Shown: piece by piece, positions 35,201-47,200 of the stretch | Layout of the letters: every line of letters begins with the position of its first letter | How positions within the stretch are numbered: the first letter of the stretch is position 1 | Assembly (NCBI RefSeq): GCF_000485595.1 | Contig: NW_014577086.1 | Location: 1-64,000, forward strand | Length of the DNA: 64,000 bases | DNA from: Priapulus caudatus | Taxonomy: Eukaryota | Direction of reading: 5' to 3' | Notes under the pieces: model-generated | The model's input: only the letters and a program-made list of their open reading frames with translations | The model's database searches: none | Told to the model about the DNA's origin: nothing | Program-made: the position numbers and the translations under genes

Positions 35201-38200
35201 CACATTAGCAGAGAGCGCGAGTCTCTCGTGGAATATCGTACGCTCTCGTGCACGTCATAACGTTACATCATTACATCCCCCTTTCGAACTGGAACGTTAC
35301 ATCCCCCTTTTTTATAACAATAAACATGCGGACCTATGACAATTTATTTTTAACTTGCTGCGGTTTGTATCCATATAACTGACTGAGAACTAAAAACGTA
35401 TAACATAATGTCATGATTCTTGTGAAAATATCCTTGCACTGTGTGAATAATGTTCCACATTTTTACACAAAATTCGTCGCTACAAAAAGGTTCACAAATA
35501 AATGTTTTCCGCATACCGGAATGTTCACAAATAAAACACTGTGAACTGGATTGTTCATCGCTTTGTACGTCTTTACCAGTTAACTAAACGAATAAAGATT
35601 CAATTATAATGCAAAACATCAGACTTGAGATTATGCGCACCACAAATCATAGCTTAATATAAGACTATTGTATGCATATTCCGTGCACCATTTTTAGGCG
35701 TCTGAATAACGTTTCGGCGTTCTAATCTGCCGCCCTGAAAGTGTTCTATACGTGTCACTGTTAACTCTACCGCCAACAGCCATTCCTGTTTTTGTGGTCA
35801 CAGGTCTTTTAGTCGTGTTGTGATGCGGCCGCGCCTGTGTAGTCTGCGGCACAACGACTGGGTTGTCCTCAAAGTGGACTTGCTTGCCTGCTTTGGGCGC
35901 ACTACGTAATTGTTGTCTATTACGCCTAAGGATTCTTCCATTTGGTGTTTCCACCATACAAGACCGTGGTTCGTGGCATTTTTGAATTACCTTTGCAGGT
36001 GACCACAGTCCAGTTTGCGGATCCTGCACCGTGATAGTCTCTCCCGTCATAAGGGGAGGTAGACCTATGGCTCCAGCTTAGTCGTGATAGTGTTTTTGGG
36101 TACCCTGTCTTTCTTGGAGGCGTTCCTGTACCCTATCCCTATCGTACGACTGTTGATAGCTGGGCGACGTTCTGACCGGAAGGTTACTAACCACTTTTCG
36201 GTTGAACATGAGTTCTGCCGGGCTTGGCAACTAACTGTCAATAGGTTCACCGAATCATCCAATATGTTACATTAACAGGCCGTAAAGTAGACGGTAGTTT
36301 GCGCATAATGCTTGGACCCCAAAGGAACTAAATCGTGCAAAATCTTGGCGCGAATAAATGGGTCAGCTATATATCTACCACCTAAACCCCTCTACCTTGA
36401 AGAAAATCACTACCACCGGATCCAGCACACGCAGATTCAACGCGCACCACGTGTGTTCCTCAATAACCTTGAAGCCGAAGAATGGATATGGTCAAATCAG
36501 CTGGACCCGGTGGAATCCGCAAGCTACTTGACCAACGTCAACACGGCAACCGTCGGCGTCAACAAAGCGCAAACCAAAATTAGTTACAACACAGAAGCCG
36601 CGAATTAAGGTCACTAAAACGACCTCCGGGCGTCGACGCGAGGACATTATCATGGCCTCACGTCGCGATAGTGACAGCCCGGCTCGAGCTGGCCGTTTGG
36701 AGCATTGGTTTTTTGCCGTTGTCGGCGTTTGGGCTAGTTTATGGTCGCCAAGACGCATTCGCAGAGAAGAAAATGGACGAGATTACTGGAAGCAAGTTAG
36801 GTAGGGAAAGTGGGCTGGTCGTAGGGATTTACCAATAGGCATACGACATAGCAGCTCTATGGTGAAAACCAGGGCCAAACAACATAAGGTGTTAACACAG
36901 TTGATGCGGCGTTGCGATAGAAAACAAGGCCTGATGTTCAACAGTGGGAAAAGTATAGTAGTGTACACGGATGCAACGTACCGTTTATGAAGTTCTTCGC
37001 GGATATGGTGGTAACGACGCAGATGGCGCACATCCAAGAGTCGTCAACGAAGATCGACGATCATAAAAGCGATGCACCCTGGCCACACCCCGAAAACAAG
37101 TACTGGGATACCATATGCAAGAGTCCTTGATGGAACTGGCACATATATTTCGCCGTTCATGTCATCACGTGTAAGCCCGAGAATGCTACAAGGCGAGATA
37201 TATTGAGTTACCCGCAGTCTGGCTGTCACCTCCTAGCTACTAATCGCGTACGGCGAAAGCTGCAGTTGTTGACAGGTGTAGCAGAGTCAAACAGTTGATC
37301 TGCGACAACGTCAGCCGACAAAATGGCGGTAATCCAGATATGAAGCGATAATATTGACACGTGGCGTACTCACCCGCGTCCCTATGCTGAAAAGAAAACG
37401 AAGATTCCTGCGAGTGTTCGATGCACCCCTTCTTATGATATAGGGGCGCTTGGAGTGCGCGCGGCACTCATACCGGACAACCGTCCGATATGTACATTTG
37501 GCAGCGATATTAAGCCGTCGGGCGTAGATGACCTGGACGGCGTCGAAATGCACATGTCAGACAACCGAGCAACGTTATGCAAACATCGAGAACCGGGAGC
37601 TTGGCTTAGGCACTGTTTTGCGTGGAAAAGATTCCACATCGCCCTTCCTCTAATGGCCGCCACTCAAAATAAGAGTGTCGGACCAACAAGCCATTAGAGA
37701 TGATTTCTCTGAAAAACTTCGACGTCGCAGCCCTCCACGATTACAGGCGGAATGATCGATGCGCGAACGTTACAAGGGTACGATTTTAATCCCCGATAAA
37801 CACGGTATCGATCCGGTGACCAGCACAATGGCTCCCTGGAAGATTGAGTCTCTCGAGACAACCCAATCAGAGATGAAGCGTACTACAAAATTGACCTCAG
37901 ACTCAGGTATTCCACGTGGCAGTTCTCGACGTCATAAGATTCAAGCAACTCCGAGAAAGAGTATGGGTACTTCTCAGACCTAAAGAGAACCGGCGGCAAA
38001 TATCGGCCGCCGCTGTAATATCTCTATGGACGCCATGCCGCTAGCACCTAAATTATGCCCATTCTTTGCGCGCGTTGCAGACGTTATCATAGCCGGACTC
38101 TGGCCTCTCTAATGATGAGAGCAGGGCGCGAAACTGACGGTGCTCGCCCAGACGTGTCAAATAACTTACTGCGCTATCGCTTCAGCCTAGTTGGCCCCCT

Positions 38201-41200
38201 GCTCAGATAGTATATTGGTCCTTCCGAGATCGAAGCTGCGAGAAATGTGCCGAGAACGGACTGAGCTAACCTAAGAATTGGCGCCAAAGAGTGATGAGAG
38301 CGCCTGTAGAATACACTCCTAATGCGCATAATTAGGCACACCGATTATCCCCTAGTATGCCAGATTACACACATCGCGTGGTCACACCAGGGCGTTACCC
38401 GGCGAGTCCACTTAAGGCAAAATCGTTGTTGTGATTCTGGATCGGAAATATTTAACCAGGGATATTCGACAGAAGGTTGGTGGCAGAGCGGGATGCTCAG
38501 GCGAGGGGGAACACAGAAAAAACAAGTCAAGAGTCAGACATCACAAAGCTGACCAGCAACCCCAGCTAACCGAAACCCTTTGCAAGCTGTCAATCCTAAC
38601 CAATATATGAGTGTCCCCCATGGACACGCGCAGCAACTGAGCCGCCTCAAATAGTATTGTTGTTTCCTGATAAACACTTTGGGAGCATAACTTTACTGTT
38701 CCAATTATGAAGACGGTGAGGGCAGAGTAACAGCCATAGGTACTGTTGGAGGGTTAAACAAGATTTCACCAAAATTTCGTACCGAAGTAAAGCACACTCG
38801 ATTACAATGGCAGAATATTTAATACTACACCACATGTGTTACAACAGTTTCACACGCAAAAAAGAGTAGTAAGGAAAAATAACGATCATGTGTAATGCAT
38901 GCACAATCCAGGTGGCAGTGTCAGCACAAACTAGTAAGAACAGATTCTGTCGACGAACCAAGAACCGGGACGAACCTGAGGGCGTATCATGTCCGAATAA
39001 CGGATCGACCCACAATTTGGAATCAGCTAGAATTTTAGCGCAGCTTTCTAGCAGGCATCTGTGTACCGCATGTGTAAACACTGGGTAACACTCATCCCAG
39101 ATCAGGGTGATGCCGGCTTGAGCACTTAGTAGTCCCGCTTCCGCCGCCCCAGGTACCCGATCGAATGGACTTCATGTGAAACGAAACGTGCGCACAGTCA
39201 AGCAAATTCTTAAGAAAGCTAAGAGGAAAACAAGGACAGATCCTGATCTGCTCTCTCTGTGGGTGTTAGGAACAACANNNNNNNNNNNNNNNNNNNNNNN
39301 NNTCGAAATTCTGCCCGATTGAAAATCGCAATGAAAAAGCATGCTAACACACTTCTTTCCATTGCCTCCAACATAACATTTAGATACTCTAACATTCTAG
39401 CAAACTATAGTGCTACACGCCAGATAATGATGACAATTTAATTCATGGAAATTATGATCCAGCTCCTAAAATCCATCCGTCTGGTAAATGACGAAAAGGA
39501 CCACACCCTGACATACACGCGATCATATACCACGGCGCTGCGTTTTAATTGAATAATTATCTCTTAGTCAAGAATCGCGTTTTTTCTTCTTTCAGCCAAA
39601 CTGGCGGCCAGAGCCGATACGCAATTTTTGCATGGTATTAGATGGTGCCACGCGTGCAGCAAAAACTTCGTCTGCCCCTGCGATTCAGCCCTTACGTAGA
39701 CGGGACGCACGTACGCACGCCGTACCTACTTATACAGGCAGCCAAGCACGCAAGCACATATTAGCTAGCGTGTAGTAGTCGAAGCACACAAATACGCAAC
39801 ACACGTGGTATATACATTATGAACGCACGCCAGTCACCACACCGACGCACGTACGTACGCACGCAGGCCGGCAGCATACATTTCTATGGGTGCATGTATG
39901 TCTTTGTATGTGGGTTGTGCGTCGCTGAGTGCCGTGCGTCGTGTCTTAAAACTGGTTCATTAGGAACAATTTTTGAGAAGATCAAAAAAATCCGTTCCCT
40001 CAACAAACTTATTTGTTAGCCTTGCCACAAGTCTGGCGTAACGATTAAGTCTTCTGTCAGCTAACACGCACAATCGACAGATCATATAGGAGCTATTCAC
40101 TATTGACAACTAATTTGTTGTTATTACGTCGTTCAATGTTATGTATATAGGCGTGAACATTTATATTTTACAGAAATAAGAGGCCGCGTGTTATTTTCGC
40201 ATGTATTATTATTAAAACCCCTTTAGTGTATCCGCTGCCCAGCTGGCAGGCTGCCGCTCCTTAATTGAAGCCGCTGACGATAATAAATACAACTTCATAA
40301 TAAACTTATACAACACAGTGTTTAGAAAGATTGCATAGAAGGTCTTGACACTTTTATGATATTTTCATTGAACTTGCAAAGAACAGCAGTCCTCAAGCCA
40401 GCTGAGGCATGTTCATTGTATTTCCCTGTGTAAAATTATCGACTGCTTCGCTGGCAGCTATGGATTCTGTGCGCCACCTTGCCCATTCCGAGCGCGCCCC
40501 CGCACGGATATCCATAGCTGCGCGTGCCATACTGTCGTAGGACGTTCCCGCGTCGCGTGGCGCCTTGCGCGAAGCTGCGCGCAAGATTGTTGGCCAGCGC
40601 TTCGGCCATCAACACTCCTTTCGCGGCAACGTCCGTGTCTAGTATCCTGTCTTCATCTGGACGAGTGATAGTCTATGCTTTGTGCACAAGATATACATGA
40701 CGGTTATGGTAAGCACCGATATTCGACTCTGCGGCTGTGACGTGAAAACCGACCGGTGAGTGCTCGAGTGAGCATTCGACGAAGCGAGCCAGAGCATAGC
40801 AGCACTCGCACTGCACTCAGTAAGGACCTTATGTCGTGCGCCGAGGACATTCTTTTTCTCCGCGCTTTCCCCCGCGGAGGACGTATTAGTTCCGCGTATT
40901 CCTGCCGTTACAAGGCGCATGCGCTGATCGTCACACCAGCCGACCGGTGCTGGCCAACCAGCGCGCAGCTCCGACGCGTGATCAAGACTGAGCGTAGCAG
41001 CCAACAGCAACCACGACATGAGGTCACAGTAGGGTTGTCAGTGGGCGATACCACAATAGCAGAGTATGTGAGCGGCATACAGTGAGCGTTACGGTGGCAG
41101 AGAGCAAATAAGCGGTACCAGACACGGTCCATTGCAGTCTCGACAACTAAAAGTCGGCGCGTCTGGAAAAACCCAACCGGACTTACTCCCTCACACAGGA

Positions 41201-44200
41201 TGGAGACGTGAACAAACCAACCGTAGACACTTACATTACAGCTGCCAAGCCAAGGAAGATACTGCGAACGCGACGCGATTCGATACGACGGCGAGTTCAC
41301 GGCCCTCGATCTTGAGATACAGCTAAACCGGATCAGGCTGATCGCGTGACGGCAACAGAAAGCCACAACTGATACGTGACTTATAACAGCACGAAACTTC
41401 GGACTGAGCAGTATTCCAGCGAACATAAGGAGTTTCACATACGATAAACATTAGTATAAATTATTCGGTATTCTGTATTCTGTATTCAGTATGTTGTATT
41501 GATCAATACCACTGGGCTTACATGGAAAAAGTAGGCGATATTGTTATCCGTTGGGGGCTTGTGAATGACCTGCGCGTGCAATGCCAATAGTATTTACTGG
41601 TGTGATGTAGCATAGAGAAATGTGCTACGCCTGCTATATATGTTGGCGTGATAGGCAACTGCCGCACACTTAGGCCAATCATTGGCCACATTTTTGACTC
41701 AATGGAAACAAACGCACCCAGCATGGACTGGCATTGCTTCTAACTTGGCCGATGAGTTTCCAGATGTTTCAGTCAACAATGCAAAACTTATGTTCACGTA
41801 AGGGTAAACCAGAATAGCAAGCTTAGCCATATCCTGGCATTAGCTGGCCAGAGAAGGGATAGACGATACAATTCGTGGGCCTCACGAGGGCACTGAGGAC
41901 CCCGAGACCGTGTGAACAAGATTCGAGGAGCAGCTCGACCCCACCTGATAATTTCAGGGTTTTACCCCTTTTACGTCAAATAGTTTGCATTGTTGACAAA
42001 CATCTGGGGACTTCTAATCAGTGCCTAGTTGAAGCATGCTCAGCGTCCCATGCTGTGCGCCTGCCTTCACGATCTTTGTTTTCATGTGGTCAAAATGTTG
42101 CCCATGTGGCTCGTGTGGCAATTCCTACCGCACATATATAGCATGGCGTTACACTTTCTCTATGCTACTACACGGACATATACGTATTGCATGCACGCGC
42201 AGTTCATTCACCCCCACGGATAACAATACAGTACTTCAGTTACCGAGTGTGTATTATCATACACATACTGATACAGAACAGAATACAGTACAGAATAATC
42301 TATACTACATTGTTTATGTATGTCGAACTTCTTATGTCGCTGCGATACCTGCTTCAGTCTCACGTCGTGCCTTGTATAAGTCAGGTAGCGTTGCTTTCTG
42401 TGTGGCCCGTCACTTCGATCAGCTGATCGGTTAGCTGTATTCAAGATGAGCGTGATGGTCGTTCGATCGTCGTCGCGTTTCGCGTATCTTCCTTGCTTGG
42501 CGCTGTTGTAATGTTACGATGGTTTTCATCTCCCATCCTGCTCTGAGGAGTAACGTCGGTTGGTTTTCCAGACCGTCGACTTGTCGAGGACGTGCATCGG
42601 TACCGGTGTATGCGGTACCGCCTTTAATTGCTCTCTGCCCCACGTACGCTCATGGTTACGCTCAATACTCTGCTATGTGTATGCCACTGACGACTGTTGA
42701 ACCTATGTCGTGGTTGCTGTTGCTGTACGCTCAGTTGATCACGCGCCGAGCCTAGCCGCGCTGGTTGGCCACACCTGTCGTGCTTGTTGTGACGTCACGC
42801 ATGCCTTGTAGTGCAGGAATACGCGGATAAGGTCCTCCGCGGAAGCGCGGGAGAAATGTCCTTCGCGCACGACTAAGTCTTACTGAGTCAGTGCAGGTGT
42901 CTGCTATGCTTGGCTCTTCGTCGGATGTCAACCTCGACGACACTCCCGTCGTTTTTCACAGTCACCGCCGCAGAGTCGAATATCGGTGCTTACATACGTC
43001 ATGTATATCTTGTGCAAGCAGTAGACTTATCACTTGGTCCAGATGACACGGTATACTAGACAAGCGTTGCCGAAGGACGTGTTGATCCAAATGCGCTGAA
43101 CAAGATCTTTGCGCGCGATTCCGCGGCAAGGCCGCTGACGCAATGGGAACGGCCTACGACAGTATGCAGCGGCTGGCAGCTATGGAGTCCGTGCCGCGAA
43201 TGCAATTAGTCGGGCGCACGATCCATAGCTTGCAGCGGTCAGCTCGATATTTTACGGGAATACATGAAACAGCTCAGCTCCATTGAGCTGCCTGTTCTTT
43301 GCAAGTCAATGAAATCATCAATAAAGTGTCACACTTCTCTTCTACATGTGTTGTATAAGTTTTAGGATTTGTTTTTATTATGCTGTCAAGCGGCTTCATG
43401 TGGAGCTGGGCTGGCAGCGCAGCGAGTAATAAGCTGGGTTTATAATAATACATGCGAGAACATAATACGGCCAGTCAGTTATGTAAATATAAATGTTCAC
43501 TATATTCAAACAACTGACACGTAATAATCACAAATATTTCAATTACGGTCTTGTGGTGGAGCTTCCATCGCACTTTTTAAATGATCTTGCGTGTGACGAT
43601 ACGTGACGAAACCTGTGCCGTGCTCTTTTTATGAGTCATACTCTCTGCTGTGACCGACGCTGCATACGTTGTTCGTAGCAAGGAGCATAACAATATTGAC
43701 TTATTGTTGAAAAAATAGGACAAATGAAAGCACTCGGATTTTAGTGATTCATAGACAATCTGCTATTTATATAAGTTCCGTTTCGCCTTATATAAGACAA
43801 CCGTTTGATTAACAACATAGAACTACGCATGCCCAGGATAAGCAGCGACCAGACACACAGTACAGGAACTACACTCGCCATCGACACAAATCAGTGTAAA
43901 CATGTTTATTGTGCAGGGCGGCCGTTCGAGTGGGCGGTTCCTACCTAATGGTGTCCCATATGGAGAAAGCTCTCGGCCGTCGGGTGCAGCTCTAGAGACA
44001 ACATCTTGGGCCTCTGCGTACAGCGTCCGTACACGCGTTCCAGGCGACGTGATCGGGCACATCGAGGCAAACGACCGAGACTTCACCAAACTGCAGAAAT
44101 TGCCGTGGTTCTACATGTTAATAGCACGTTGGTGTTTTACTAAAAATTGCACCACCCAATAAGAGAGAATCCCGCGATTATGGCGACAGTGTGCCGGTAT

Positions 44201-47200
44201 TTGTGTGGCCTTCGTACTACTACAGCTGACGTTCGTTAGTGAGACTGATCTTAGCCACGCTGGGGTTTTTGCGCTGCCTGTTAGTGTCATATGGCTAAAT
44301 GAGGAAAATCGCAATCATAACAACGTAACAGCTTGTGGGTCGCGTCGCCCTCCACAGTCACGCCGATCGAATGGTCACTACCGCCTGGACGTGGCCGCCA
44401 GTAAAAGCCCGAGTGTGCCGTGCCGTGAACTCTAATCCGTTTCCTTCCGTAGTAGCTGACCAGATGCCAGTCAAGCGGGAGTCCAGGGAATATACCTCAT
44501 CTGGAACGGCAGCTGTATAATACCACCATTGCATTGCACCATTTCGATCACTCGGTACCCGACGGTCGTGCGCGCAATGCGATTTTCATCACTCGGTACC
44601 CGACAGTCGTGGTCGCAATGCCATTTTGCATCACTCGGTACACGACGGTCAGGTATATAATACGTTCCTATAATATATCATTCGACACTATACTATTATT
44701 TGCGGTAACAAATGTTAACAAATCTCTATCGTTCAACGGCAATGGCAACTGTCAAGAACAACATTATGTAACAACTAGACGATGACTAGGCCTATTTCAA
44801 TGTTGTCTCACCGATGGAATGTTTTTCACTCCTCACATGGAACAACCTTACACTTGGATATGCACTACAACAGCGTGGCATGATATATCGATGGATGCAA
44901 CATCGATGGCTATGTATGAATGCGAAACTACATGCTCGAACTATTACGTCATCATCAGAAACATCAGACCATCGGGGGTATATACGTAGTAAGATGCATG
45001 CGGCTGCTGCTGCTCTGGCAGCACATATGGCTGCTGCTGCTGACGCCACGGCGGCGGAGCTGTTCCAGATAACATCTAGTGGAAATTATCAGTGTAAACA
45101 AACATCAATCAACGGGCTTAGCCAATCAACGTCGGGGGTACACAGATGGCTACGATAATTTGAATCGCACGTCACGATTGCAGCTAGACTGGTACGGACC
45201 TTAACTCCACCAAGTATCTTTCGCTACACTAAAGTTATAGTTAGTGCAGCGTGTGGAACTCTCCACCGCGGAGCAGTCTAAGCTGAATCGCCGATCCTAG
45301 TGTGGAAAAATACTTTGAAAATCACTCGAAGAGGGCCTCGTCGCGCCATCTATGGGACGCCATATGTACGAGAATAAATTCAGGGCGTGAAACGGAAGAA
45401 ATGCAAACTCGCTTTTCTGGAGGAAAAGCAAACGCGCCGACCAGCAAATGAGCAATTACCAGCATTTGTATTTATTCTCGACCTACGTGCATAGTCGAAA
45501 GGCTTGTGGAATCGCCACAACTCCTCAATTAACCGATTATACGGCTTTATCCTATACCCAAAGGTCACTGCCGAAATTTTTCTAAATAGGGCAGCGAATA
45601 AGATTTATTGTCACCGCTGCGTGGCGTTTGCGCGCTTCGCGCGGATATCCGGGCTGCAGATCGTCCAGCTCTGAGCTCAACCGACATGTTGCTCGGCTGT
45701 CGACACACGGCGTCAAAGTTCATCGCGGCTGTGCGGCTATATTCAGCCGCAGAATGGCTCATATCTTCACCAGCATCGGTGGGTTACACCGCTAGCTGCC
45801 ACCATGTAATATTATGGATCAACGCATGTTGTTTGTTGATATAATATTTATTGTTCTGAGGAGCCATCCTCAAACACAGCTCACACTTCCAAGCACATTA
45901 GCAGAGAGCGCTGGTTTCTCGTGGAATTTCATACGCTCTCGTGCACGTCATAACGTTACATCATTACAAGATGGAGATCAAATAAAGACGGTCATGGAGG
46001 AGGAGTAGGGGGCAGGAGGAGGAGGAAGAGGAGGAGGGGAGGGGGGGGAAGGAGCGGAGAGGTGATGGGAGATCGAATGGACGGTCATGGGAGGGCGGAG
46101 GGGAGGAGAGGAGGAGGAGGAGGGGAGGAGAAGGAGAGGAACGGGAGAGGTGATGGAGAGAGTGCGGCGAGGAGGAGGACGAGGGGAGGAGGGAGAAGGA
46201 GAGGAGGAGGAGGTGGAGGAAGGTGATGGATTAGGGGAGGGGAGGAGAGGAGGAGGAGGGGAAAGGTGTGGAGGAGAGTAGGAGTTAGGACACCTTTCAC
46301 TCTTGCTCTTATCATGTTTCGCCTTCTCCTAGCTCTCTCCCCTCTTCTTTCTCCTGCCCTACTCCTCCTCCAATGAAGTTTCTTCGATCTTCATCACATT
46401 CCCCTCTCCTCTTCTCTCTCATAGCTCTCCTCGTCCACCCTCCTCCTTCCTATCTCACTTTCCTCTCTCTTCTTCCTGCCTCGTCCTTCTGCCCCCTATC
46501 GCTTTCATTACTTTCTCTCATCCTTCTCCCCGTCCCCTCTCTTCTTCTTCTCTCCTATCATAAATTCTCCCCTCCTTCCTCCTCTCCTCTCTTCTCCTCC
46601 TCTCCTCTCCTCCTTTCCTCCTCTGCTTCCTTACTCTTCACTTCTCAATCCTTCCTCCTCATCCTCTCCTCCGGCTTTCCTGCCTTCCGTCCCCCATTGG
46701 ACGTCTTATTCATTACATCACTCGGTTTCCGGCTCTCTATTCCCCTCCTCCTTCCCTCCTCCTCCTCTTCTCTCTCCTCCTCCCTCTATCATTCTTGCTC
46801 TCATTTTATTTTCTCCTCTCCTCTCCTCTTGCCCCTACTTGTCCTTCGTGACGTCTTTCAGTTCGATCTCCATCTCAGGGGAGGTACGTTTATGTACAGG
46901 GTACATATTGCTGAAAAGTACAGGTTCTGGTAATTGGTTATAATATATGTTTCCTGGGGGCGGTGCCGGGCATACTATTGTGTACCTGATCGATCATGAC
47001 CCTTAGCATTAAGTAACTAGTCACTATTTTGTGTGTGCTAGTTCCATTAATTTTGGCATTCGAAACTGGGAACTGGTAAATGTTTTTGCTGTGGATGTTC
47101 TTATTTCGAATATCTGGACACTGGGAACTGGGACTGGAATGGGGGCTGCTTTGCTGTTACTAGTTCTTATTCGATTAAGGAACTGGGAATGGAACTAGAA

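Larger units (their letters stand above)
35112..45968 (-). mobile_element. Ty3/Gypsy (Mag/K02A2.6-like) retrotransposon with 164-bp LTRs; interior rearranged and noisy
   Basis: LTRs 35112-35275 and 45805-45968 (tgtaat...attaca); 5-bp TSD agatg at 35107-35111 and 45969-45973; minus-strand PBS tggtggcagc (tRNA-Leu-like, 45795-45804); PPT read as tcccccttt on + at 35276. Confidence 0.9.

Noticed and set aside
46085..46933. Leu/Ser/Pro-rich and Gly/Glu-rich ORFs
   Set aside because: Translations of GA/CT low-complexity tracts in the foldback core.
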